Source of the DNA: an uncultured Bdellovibrionales bacterium
GTDB lineage: Bacteria; Patescibacteriota; Minisyncoccia; Moranbacterales; UBA1568
Reading direction: 5' to 3'
NCBI GenBank assembly: GCA_964483635.1
Contig: CAZABS010000002.1
Location: 1 to 40,748, forward strand
DNA length: 40,748 bases
The translations under genes and the position numbers were made by a program. The notes below the pieces were generated by a model. That model ran no database searches. It was not told where the DNA came from and worked only from the letters and a program-made list of their open reading frames with translations. Positions 25,303-32,764 of this stretch are shown here, in pieces. How positions within the stretch are numbered: position 1 is the first letter of the stretch; the number at the start of each line of letters is the position of its first letter.

Positions 25303-26241
25303 CTATAAAAACAACTTAATTCCCGTCGCTGTGACGGCGAGCCAAGTCCCAATCGCGATCAAAACAACGGCTACCGCCTTTTGAAACCAATCCCAAAAGA
25401 ACAGCCGCTCTTGAAAAATCTGTGGAAACCGATAGGAGAGCGGGAGCGCCATCGCCAAGAGGAATGCATATTGCACTCCATTGAGCGCCTGGATAAACGT
25501 GACTGGCCCAAGAAACGTCGCATAGGTAAGAAAAAAAGTTGCCAGCGCACCAAAAACTTTGTTGAGAATAAACCAAAATCCCGTGGTCAAATTATTCCGA
25601 TTGACTGTCGAAAAGGAGGTACATTCTGCCAGAATTGCTCGCCGAAAATCTGGAATGAGGAGAAGGGTTATCCCTCCAAGGATAAAACCAAAACGAGACC
25701 AGACAAGTCCATTTAGAAAGTCCGCATTCTTATAACCAGTTTTGAGAAAAATTAGTGAGAGCGCCATGAGTGACCCAGCCAAGAGAGTCGACTTCATGAT
25801 GGCATCAGTTTGGCGAAGTGGAAGATCAAAAGCAATCAGAAAGGCTCCAGCTAACAGGAGGAATAATGACAAAAAATGCATCGGAGAAAACGGAGCATTT
25901 GCCGCCGGACCGAAAGCGAGCGAGGCAACTCCGGCAATCACCGAAATAATGATGCCAACAAGTGGCGCAACACGAGAAATTTCACTCCGTTTAACGGCGA
26001 TATAAAAAGCTACCAGTCCGTACAAAAAAAAGACTCCGGAAATGAGGAACACCACCGCTGTCTGCCAGCGAATCGCCTGAAATCCAAACGGAATTAAAAA
26101 AACTGCAAAGAGGGAAAAGAGAGAGACAAAGAAAGCATACACCGCAGGTTCTTTAATCCGACCAGCCAAAAGAAACTTATCGAGCAGCGCCGTAACGGCA
26201 TTGAAAAAGTAAGCAACGAGTGCAAATGAAAGCCAAGCCAT
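25303..26241 (-). CDS. Polytopic membrane protein, DMT/EamA-like (about 10 TM)
   Basis: 312 aa, hydrophobic throughout with two similar halves. The family assignment rests on topology and length only. Confidence 0.45.
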   Translation of the reverse strand: MAWLSFALVAYFFNAVTALLDKFLLAGRIKEPAVYAFFVSLFSLFAVFLIPFGFQAIRWQTAVVFLISGVFFLYGLVAFYIAVKRSEISRVAPLVGIIISVIAGVASLAFGPAANAPFSPMHFLSLFLLLAGAFLIAFDLPLRQTDAIMKSTLLAGSLMALSLIFLKTGYKNADFLNGLVWSRFGFILGGITLLLIPDFRRAILAECTSFSTVNRNNLTTGFWFILNKVFGALATFFLTYATFLGPVTFIQALNGVQYAFLLAMALPLSYRFPQIFQERLFFWDWFQKAVAVVLIAIGTWLAVTATGIKLFL

Positions 26242-26328
26242 GAGTATATGTATTTGTTTTCATTATACTCCGAGAGGAACCGGAAACGCTACCCTCTCGA
26301 AGAACTGTGCCCTCAGAAACAGCGATGG

Positions 26329-27054
26329 TTAATCACGATGAACAATTTCCTGATAATAATGATCCACATCAGCGATCCATTTCCGAACACTCTCGGGACT
26401 ATGTGTCGCACAAGAATTCCCACATTTCCAAACAATCATTCGCTCGGGTGTCCCGCTTGATCGAAGATCACGCAACTCAACGAGCCGATTCCCAATCGTT
26501 CGTACCGCCGCTTCTGGAGTAAGCCAGCAGCCATATCCATCAGAGGTCAATCCGCGATCCCCAGCGCCACGATATCCCCAAAAATTGAAACATTCGTCAC
26601 CAGAGAGTTTCGGGGTGCGTTTTCCCCAATTTGATTCTTTTTTCCCAATTCCGACGATCAATCCTGCGATTTCACTGTCATATTTTGAAATTGCCTCTAC
26701 CATAGTCTCGATGGGAAAACCCGCTACCATGTTTCGGATCTGAACCGTTAACTTTTCAGAATCATTTCGAGAATCCTGAACCATTTCATCAGAAAGAGTC
26801 ACCACTTTCCTCAGGGCGAGCATGTCCTCACACGAGAGCGTTTCGGCTTGTACGGGCTCTTTTTGTCGACCTTCTGTTCGAGCAAAAAAGGCAAAATCAT
26901 TTCGAAGAGCACACAGATCAAGCGAGGGCTTTACGGGAGCATTCTGCTGATCAGCTCCCACCGGAACCGCCGAAAACAAAAAAAATGCTCCGGAGAGAAA
27001 CCCTCCAAAAAAAGCCGACATAAAAAAAATCCCCCTTCGAGTACTCTGACCCAT
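26329..27054 (-). CDS. Exported Cys-rich protein, paralog A, with a conserved KKESNWGK...FN(F/Y)WGYRG...WKCG.SC domain (lysozyme/glucosaminidase-like?)
   Basis: Signal or anchor segment FFMSAFFGGFLSGAFFLFSAVPVGA. The ~125-aa C-terminal domain is about half identical by eye to that of 27267-28259. Confidence 0.55.
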   Translation of the reverse strand: MGQSTRRGIFFMSAFFGGFLSGAFFLFSAVPVGADQQNAPVKPSLDLCALRNDFAFFARTEGRQKEPVQAETLSCEDMLALRKVVTLSDEMVQDSRNDSEKLTVQIRNMVAGFPIETMVEAISKYDSEIAGLIVGIGKKESNWGKRTPKLSGDECFNFWGYRGAGDRGLTSDGYGCWLTPEAAVRTIGNRLVELRDLRSSGTPERMIVWKCGNSCATHSPESVRKWIADVDHYYQEIVHRD

Positions 27055-27120
27055 ACTGCTATCTATATCTGTGCGGATTACTCTGTTCGAGAATCTCCCC
27101 TCACTGAAGACGCAAACCCG

Positions 27121-27149
27121 AATCTACTCTAATACGATGATGAAGTCAA
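27121..27149 (-). promoter_or_regulatory. Putative promoter for 26329-27054 (TTGACT-17-TAGATT on the minus strand)
   Basis: Reverse complement of 27144-27149 is TTGACT, followed by a 17-nt spacer; reverse complement of 27121-27126 is TAGATT. It lies about 67 nt upstream of the ATG at 27054 and just downstream of the hairpin at 27197-27216. Confidence 0.4.
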
Positions 27150-27196
27150 TCAAAATTATCCCCAAATTATCACTTTATTGGCTCTATTAAAGCAAA

Positions 27197-27216
27197 ATCT
27201 GCCTACGCAGGCAGAT
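27197..27216 (-). terminator. Putative rho-independent terminator after 27267-28259
   Basis: ATCTGCCT-ACGC-AGGCAGAT is a perfect 8-bp stem. On the minus strand it is followed by TTTGCTTT. It lies 51 nt after the stop codon. Confidence 0.45.
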
Positions 27217-27266
27217 GAATATTATATCACGTTTATTAATTTTTTGCAATACACCTCACCAACCAT

Positions 27267-28259
27267 CTAGCTTCCCTCATTAAGTTGGCTAAAGTAGAGA
27301 TCTACATCCGAAATCCATTTCCGAACACTTTCTCGACTATGACCATCACAACTATAACCACATTTCCAGACAACGAGCTTGGCTGGGGTATTCAGATTTT
27401 CTGAATGGATCAGCTTTTCCAGCCGAACGGCCACCGTATTCACGGCATCCTGGCGACTATTGAAACACGTATGCCCGCCGCTGCCCATGAGGCGCCTGAT
27501 CCCCCGATACCCCCAGTAATTGAAGCAATCTTGTCCCGCGAGCACCGGAATACGCTTTCCCCAATTTGACTCCTTTTTGGCGATACCAATGAGAAATGCG
27601 GCTACGATTCGATCTTGTTCAAGAATATACGGGAGCATATCTTCAATTGGATACCCCTTCACCAGCTCTCTGATCTTCTCGGAATATTCATCTTTGCTTG
27701 CCTCACTAAAAAACTGAAGGAAAAGATCATCGTTGGGGTCGTATTTTTCTGTCTCAGCCAAGAGTTCCTCTTTGAGCGCCGCCTTTTCAGAATCATCTCC
27801 CGAGTTTTCAACAAACGCCGCGCTACTGGCTACAACATTATCCGAAGTCGCAAAGTTTTGGATAATTCCCATTGACACCATACCAAAACTTACCCCGCCG
27901 AGCAGCGACGTGTACAAGAGTCGTTTGGGCGTACCACCAAAAACCGGGAGCAACCGTCCAAAACGTCGGATCACTCGTCGTAAGACGACATATACCCGCC
28001 GAAAAGAATGATGCCCAAATCGACGAAAGTTCTTCCAGGAAAAACTTTCTCGTGTTGGTTGGCGGAGCCTTACTGCATCGAGCTGCTTCCTCGCGTGCTG
28101 CATGCTACTCGTAACGAGAGGTTGCCGAGGGAGTGGCCGAGGTGGATCATAACGCCGACCATAGGCAATACCATCCATCAATACCTTCGCTCGAGAGATT
28201 GGCCGAATTTTTGGAGGAACAACTTCGTGCATACCGTGTTTGTTTTTGTCTTGGGTCAA
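27267..28259 (-). CDS. Bitopic Cys-rich protein, paralog B: basic Pro-rich cytoplasmic N-terminus, one TM, and the same extracytoplasmic KKESNWGK domain
   Basis: TM LLYTSLLGGVSFGMVSMGII at about aa 115-135. C-terminal GIAKKESNWGKRIPVLAGQDCFNYWGYRG...VVWKCGYSCDGHSRESVRKWISDVD parallels paralog A, including four conserved Cys. Confidence 0.55.
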   Translation of the reverse strand: MTQDKNKHGMHEVVPPKIRPISRAKVLMDGIAYGRRYDPPRPLPRQPLVTSSMQHARKQLDAVRLRQPTRESFSWKNFRRFGHHSFRRVYVVLRRVIRRFGRLLPVFGGTPKRLLYTSLLGGVSFGMVSMGIIQNFATSDNVVASSAAFVENSGDDSEKAALKEELLAETEKYDPNDDLFLQFFSEASKDEYSEKIRELVKGYPIEDMLPYILEQDRIVAAFLIGIAKKESNWGKRIPVLAGQDCFNYWGYRGIRRLMGSGGHTCFNSRQDAVNTVAVRLEKLIHSENLNTPAKLVVWKCGYSCDGHSRESVRKWISDVDLYFSQLNEGS

Positions 28260-28265
28260 ACAATA

Positions 28266-28640
28266 TTATTCTGTCTGAATTCCCGCCTTGGTCTTGAAGA
28301 ATTTCATGACATCTGGTTCTCCCACATGACAGGTGCCATTTTCAAAAATCATGGGTACGCCCACGTCTTGCGGACTCAGCTGACATATTTTCACTGCTTC
28401 GTTCATCTGCCGCGCATGCTGCGTGTTATGCCACACTTCGAGTTTCTCAAAAGCAACTTTTTCGGCAATGTTGTTTGCCGCAAGAAATTCAGCCACCCGC
28501 TGACAATGCGGACATTCTTCGCCGTAAAAATACGTCGTGCGCGTCACATCAAATCCGGTTGAAGTATCTTCGTTCATCCCCCACACAGACAACCCAACAA
28601 CAACGAGTATCAGAATACCGACACCAAGGAATACTTTCAT
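28266..28640 (-). CDS. Membrane-anchored thioredoxin/glutaredoxin-fold protein with a CPHC active site
   Basis: N-terminal TM GVGILILVVVGLSVWG. YFYGEECPHCQRVAEFL is a CxxC at the start of helix 1, and CPHC is the DsbA-type dipeptide. ATGA overlap with the lgt stop (28637-28640). Confidence 0.7.
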   Translation of the reverse strand: MKVFLGVGILILVVVGLSVWGMNEDTSTGFDVTRTTYFYGEECPHCQRVAEFLAANNIAEKVAFEKLEVWHNTQHARQMNEAVKICQLSPQDVGVPMIFENGTCHVGEPDVMKFFKTKAGIQTE

Positions 28641-29485
28641 AGTTTGAATTTAGATAGCTCTATTGTATCACGGCGCCAGAAAGAGAGGAAAAGCAGCGTT
28701 CCAATAACGGAAAGTCCTGCCGCCAATACCTGATTGAGCGTCAACCAAGAGAAAATAAGTGGGCTCCCCCTGTCTGGTGCACGGAAAAACTCTAACGCAA
28801 AGCGGATCACCCCATAGCCAATGAGAAAAAAACTCGTCAGCCATCCTGGTTTTAGCACCTTATGAGAAGCGGCAAGTCGTAGGAGCCAATACAGTACCAG
28901 CCCCTCTCCAAACGCTTCATAAAGCTGTGATGGATGTCGAAGAACAGTCGGATCACTGGGAAAATACATCCCCCACGGAACCTCCGTTGCTCGCCCAATG
29001 AGTTCCCGCCCCAGAAAATTACCCAACCGCCCAAAACCAAGTGCAATCGGGATTATTTGCACCAGCATATCTGTGAGCCGGAAGAATGGCCAGTGACGAC
29101 GACGAGCGAGCCACCACCAACCAAGCCCCCCTCCAACCACCCCACCAAAAAAACTCATCCCTCGAATTCCCGTCCAGATTTTATCGTGAACATCATAAGG
29201 AGAAATGATGCGCCACGACTCCTGCCAATATGAATCGTCACCATACACCAATACAAAACCGAGCCGAGCCCCAAGGAGCGTCCCAACCAGCCCCCAGAGC
29301 ACAATATCCGCATAATCGAGAACGGGAAAAAATTTCTGAGCAGGCAACAAAATATAACGAAAATACCACAGAGCCACACTTACTCCCAAAGCAAATGCAA
29401 GCCCGTACCAGGCGAGCGAAAAAAAATCGCCTTGCCACAAGACAGGGTCGATTGAGAGCGGCAAACGAGACCAACTCGTGTCCAT
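28637..29485 (-). CDS. lgt: Prolipoprotein diacylglyceryl transferase (start corrected)
   Basis: From MDTSWSRLPLSIDPVLW.., with FFGGVVGGGLG, GRLGNFLGRELIGR, PWGMYFP and RHPSQLYEA (Lgt signature blocks). The track ORF extends to 29845 but would overlap the AI-2E gene. ATG at 29483-29485 gives 282 aa. Confidence 0.85.
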   Translation of the reverse strand: MDTSWSRLPLSIDPVLWQGDFFSLAWYGLAFALGVSVALWYFRYILLPAQKFFPVLDYADIVLWGLVGTLLGARLGFVLVYGDDSYWQESWRIISPYDVHDKIWTGIRGMSFFGGVVGGGLGWWWLARRRHWPFFRLTDMLVQIIPIALGFGRLGNFLGRELIGRATEVPWGMYFPSDPTVLRHPSQLYEAFGEGLVLYWLLRLAASHKVLKPGWLTSFFLIGYGVIRFALEFFRAPDRGSPLIFSWLTLNQVLAAGLSVIGTLLFLSFWRRDTIELSKFKL

Positions 29486-29487
29486 AG

Positions 29488-30552
29488 CTAGGATGAGGCA
29501 TTGAATTCGCTGAGTTGCCCCTTGAATTCGATCGCGTATATCTCCCAGAGAGCCACAAAGAGCGAAACAATGATCGGTCCAATGATGAACCCAGGGAGTC
29601 CAAAAAATGCGATTCCACCAAGCGTCGCAAAAAACACCGTGAGTGGGTGCATCTGCGTATCTTGCCCCACTAGCTTGGGGCGAAGAATGTTGTCGATAAG
29701 TGAGATCACTCCAAACCCGACCACCAAGAGAAATACACCCTGCCATATTTGACCGAGAAAGAGGAGAATAAGCCCGGCGGGAAGCCACACAATGGCTGAA
29801 CCAATCATCGGGATAATGGAGAGGAGAATCATAAAGAGTCCCCAAATCGAGGGTGACGGAATACCGACAATCCAGAAAGCAATTCCTCCCAAAAGCCCCT
29901 GAATGACTCCTACCACGAGAGTTCCTTTGAGAGTAGCCCGACTCATGGAAACAAATTTCGAAATGAGGAGTTTCTCATGTTCATTTTTCAGTGGAGACAG
30001 TCGCATTCCCCCGGCCAGTGCATTCTTCCCATCGATGAGGAAATAATACAGGGTAAAAAACATCACGAACACCCAGAAAATAAAGTGGGTGATGCTTTGA
30101 TAGGCTGCTTGTAAGAGGCCGAGAGCGTTCTCCCCAAAACGACGGAAATCAACCATGACTTGCTCAGTATTCAGAGTCCGCTCATTAAACAAGAAGTGGA
30201 GATAGGGGGCATCATTCAGTTTTTTCACTGACTGATCGACGAGGCTCGTAAACGTCACTTCTTTACTCATCGTTTCGTACAAACTATTCGCTTCTCCAAT
30301 GGCCAAAGACAGAACAAAGAGAATCGGAGCTACAATAATAAGCGCTACGACCACACAGGTTGCCAGTGATGAAAGTGCACGATGGGCGCGCATCTTCACC
30401 TGGAAAAACTCATAGGTTGGTTTGAAGAGTGCCGCCAGAATAGCTGCGGCAATAATTGCTGTGAGGAACGGTTGGAAAATAAAAAACACCACTCCCCCGA
30501 CAATCAAGAGAATGAGAAAAAAGAAATAAATATTGAGATTGCGCGCTTCCAT
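29488..30552 (-). CDS. AI-2E family transporter (PerM/UPF0118)
   Basis: 354 aa, about 8 TM, with the C-terminal block IDNILRPKLVGQDTQMHPLTVFFATLGG typical of the family. Confidence 0.8.
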   Translation of the reverse strand: MEARNLNIYFFFLILLIVGGVVFFIFQPFLTAIIAAAILAALFKPTYEFFQVKMRAHRALSSLATCVVVALIIVAPILFVLSLAIGEANSLYETMSKEVTFTSLVDQSVKKLNDAPYLHFLFNERTLNTEQVMVDFRRFGENALGLLQAAYQSITHFIFWVFVMFFTLYYFLIDGKNALAGGMRLSPLKNEHEKLLISKFVSMSRATLKGTLVVGVIQGLLGGIAFWIVGIPSPSIWGLFMILLSIIPMIGSAIVWLPAGLILLFLGQIWQGVFLLVVGFGVISLIDNILRPKLVGQDTQMHPLTVFFATLGGIAFFGLPGFIIGPIIVSLFVALWEIYAIEFKGQLSEFNASS

Positions 30553-30563
30553 AAACGATTGAC

Positions 30564-31547
30564 TCAGAGGAGCCGTATAGCCTTATTATACTCGATACGT
30601 GCCTTTTTAGGAAAGGCTGTAAAAGTGACCCCGCCAGAGAGGATTTGGGCGTTGACGAGAGTATATCTCTTCCCCCGGAATTCCCCAACAGCCTGGGGTG
30701 GTCGTACGGAAAGCTTGAGTCCGTACTGATCACGGAAATATGCCTTGATAGCGCTTCGGCTACAGACTGTCCGTGGGAGAAAAAATGGCTTATACCCTCG
30801 TTTCGTCGTCGAGAAATACCGCTGATGACGTTCATGAAGAAAGAGGACGACGTAATCTGGTTTGGGAATAACTAATTTCGTTTTTCGTGCTTTATTCTCC
30901 TTTCGTCCACCCGTTGCGTAATACACACAATTGAGACGGAGCATACAGGCCTCACATTTTGGTCGTGCCGTGCACAAGCTCGAGCCGAAATCCATAAGAG
31001 CGGAATTCAGCCACGGAGCATCTTTCCCAAAAGCTTGATTCAAGCTGTCTTCTTGTCCCTTGACTCGTTCCTTCCCGTCGAAAAAAAATCTCCCAATCAC
31101 TCGCCGCACATTGGTATCCCAGGCGATCTCTGGTGCACCATACGCGAAACTCGCAATGGCCCTCGCTGTATAAGGTCCGATACCAGGGAGTTTTTGAAGC
31201 TCTGCTATTTCACGTGGAAAGACACTAGCGTATTGCTCTCCAATTATTTTTGCCGTAGTAAGCATGTTTCGGCCACGAGCATAGTACCCGAGTCCCTCAT
31301 AATATGGGAGGAATTCTTGCCACGAAACGCGCGCAAGTTTTTGAATCGTCGGAAATCGTCTGAGGAAACGTGTATAATACCCAATCACTCGCGATACCTG
31401 AGTTTGCTGGAGCATCACCTCCGACACCCACACTTCATAGGCTGAGATACCTTTTCTCCTCCATGGCAAATGCTCACGCCCAGATTTCTTGAAAAAATCA
31501 CGAAGTTTCCGGCGAAAGATTCGTAAAGTTGCGTCTGATATTTTCAT
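30564..31547 (-). CDS. mutY: A/G-specific adenine DNA glycosylase MutY (start corrected)
   Basis: EVMLQQTQV, HhH-GPD LPGIGPYTARAI, Fe-S loop CTARPKCEACMLRLNC, and a C-terminal Nudix-like domain. ATG at 31545-31547 forms an ATGA overlap with the mnmA stop. The track start at 31580 lies inside mnmA. Confidence 0.85.
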   Translation of the reverse strand: MKISDATLRIFRRKLRDFFKKSGREHLPWRRKGISAYEVWVSEVMLQQTQVSRVIGYYTRFLRRFPTIQKLARVSWQEFLPYYEGLGYYARGRNMLTTAKIIGEQYASVFPREIAELQKLPGIGPYTARAIASFAYGAPEIAWDTNVRRVIGRFFFDGKERVKGQEDSLNQAFGKDAPWLNSALMDFGSSLCTARPKCEACMLRLNCVYYATGGRKENKARKTKLVIPKPDYVVLFLHERHQRYFSTTKRGYKPFFLPRTVCSRSAIKAYFRDQYGLKLSVRPPQAVGEFRGKRYTLVNAQILSGGVTFTAFPKKARIEYNKAIRLL

Positions 31548-32662
31548 TCTGGCAATATCATTACCCCTCCGCCCAAACAATACTCGCCGTCATAGAATAC
31601 CGCAAACTGACCTGCAGCCACTCCTGAGTCTTCGCCCTGAAGAAGGACTTCGAGCGTCTTCTCATCCTGCCACTGTACCTCACATGGATACTCTTTCGGT
31701 CCATGACGAAGTTTTACAGAAAGCGCTTGACCATCTTCGGGCTTCTCATGAAACCAATTAAGATCGGTCACAAAAAATCTCTCGCGTGAGCATTCCTCTC
31801 GTTCCCTCGCGTGAGAAATAGTAATTGTATTCGCCTCCGGATCTTTCGCCACGACATACCATGGACCACCCGAGAGTCCCAGCCCCTCCCGCTGACCAAT
31901 GGTGTAATACCAAAACCCGGGGTGTGTCCCCAACTTTTTTCCCGTTTCATAATCGAGGATATCCCCTGGTCGTTCACCGAGGTGGAATTTGAGAAACTCA
32001 TCAAATGGAATCTTCCCGAGGAAACAAATTCCCTGGCTGTCTTTGCGCTCCGCATTGGGAAGCTCGAATTTCCGCGCGAGCGCCCTCACCTCTTCTTTGG
32101 TGTAGCTGCCAATCGGAAAGAGCGCTCGGGAAAGTTGACTTCGGGAAAGTTGTGACAGAAAGTACGTTTGATCTTTAATTGCATCCGGAGTTTTTTTCAG
32201 AAAAAATTTTCCTGAACGCTCTCCCACTTGCGCATAATGCCCCGTCGCAACCTTATCAAAACCACCAATACCTTTATCATACCCTTCAACTCCTTTCAGT
32301 TGCTCAGGGTTCGATTTTCCGCTGAGAAAATCAAAAAATGCTCCGAACTTGATACGCGCATTGCAGAGCATATCTGGATTGGGAGTTCGACCTGCTTTCA
32401 CTTCCGCAAGCGTATACGCCACCACGCTCTCCCAGTATTCTTTTTGAAATGGCACTATTTCGAGCGGTACCCCGAGTTTTTCTGTCACTCCACGGACGTA
32501 TGCAAGATCTTCTTCCCATGGACACTCACCAAGAAACGCCAGTTCGTCCTCAAGCCAAATCTTGAGATAAAACGCGGTCACGTCAAAACCCTGGCTTTTG
32601 AGGAGCGCCAATGCCACCGAACTATCCACCCCACCTGAAACGAGAACCGCAATTTTCTGCAT
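31544..32662 (-). CDS. mnmA: tRNA 2-thiouridine(34) synthase MnmA
   Basis: PP-loop IAVLVSGGVDSSVA, KATGHYA-like VATGHYAQV and DQTYFLSQL. Confidence 0.9.
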   Translation of the reverse strand: MQKIAVLVSGGVDSSVALALLKSQGFDVTAFYLKIWLEDELAFLGECPWEEDLAYVRGVTEKLGVPLEIVPFQKEYWESVVAYTLAEVKAGRTPNPDMLCNARIKFGAFFDFLSGKSNPEQLKGVEGYDKGIGGFDKVATGHYAQVGERSGKFFLKKTPDAIKDQTYFLSQLSRSQLSRALFPIGSYTKEEVRALARKFELPNAERKDSQGICFLGKIPFDEFLKFHLGERPGDILDYETGKKLGTHPGFWYYTIGQREGLGLSGGPWYVVAKDPEANTITISHAREREECSRERFFVTDLNWFHEKPEDGQALSVKLRHGPKEYPCEVQWQDEKTLEVLLQGEDSGVAAGQFAVFYDGEYCLGGGVMILPE

Positions 32663-32679
32663 AATCTATTTAAATAGAA

Positions 32680-32711
32680 GAAGCCGGACTTCCAATTGGA
32701 AGTCCGGCTTC
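32680..32711 (-). terminator. 32-nt perfect palindrome (hairpin) after the TraD-like gene; likely terminator or processing site
   Basis: GAAGCCGGACTTCCAA|TTGGAAGTCCGGCTTC pairs base for base across 32680-32711. On the minus strand it is followed by TTCTTCTATTTAAATAG. It lies 53 nt after the stop at 32765 and 18 nt before the mnmA ATG. Confidence 0.5.
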
Positions 32712-32764
32712 CAAGTCAACAAGGAGCTCTCGATTTTATACGGAAACACCCCATCCGTCAAGTA

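Noticed and set aside
26270-26299. Hairpin CGAGAGG-N15-CCTCTCG as terminator of 26329-27054
   Set aside because: The stem is only 7 bp with a large loop, and no T-run follows on the minus strand. It more likely arises by chance or belongs to the leader of the next gene.
29486-29845. 120-aa N-terminal extension of the lgt ORF
   Set aside because: It would completely overlap the 3' end of the AI-2E transporter gene. The Lgt homology begins at the internal ATG (29483-29485), two nt after the transporter stop.
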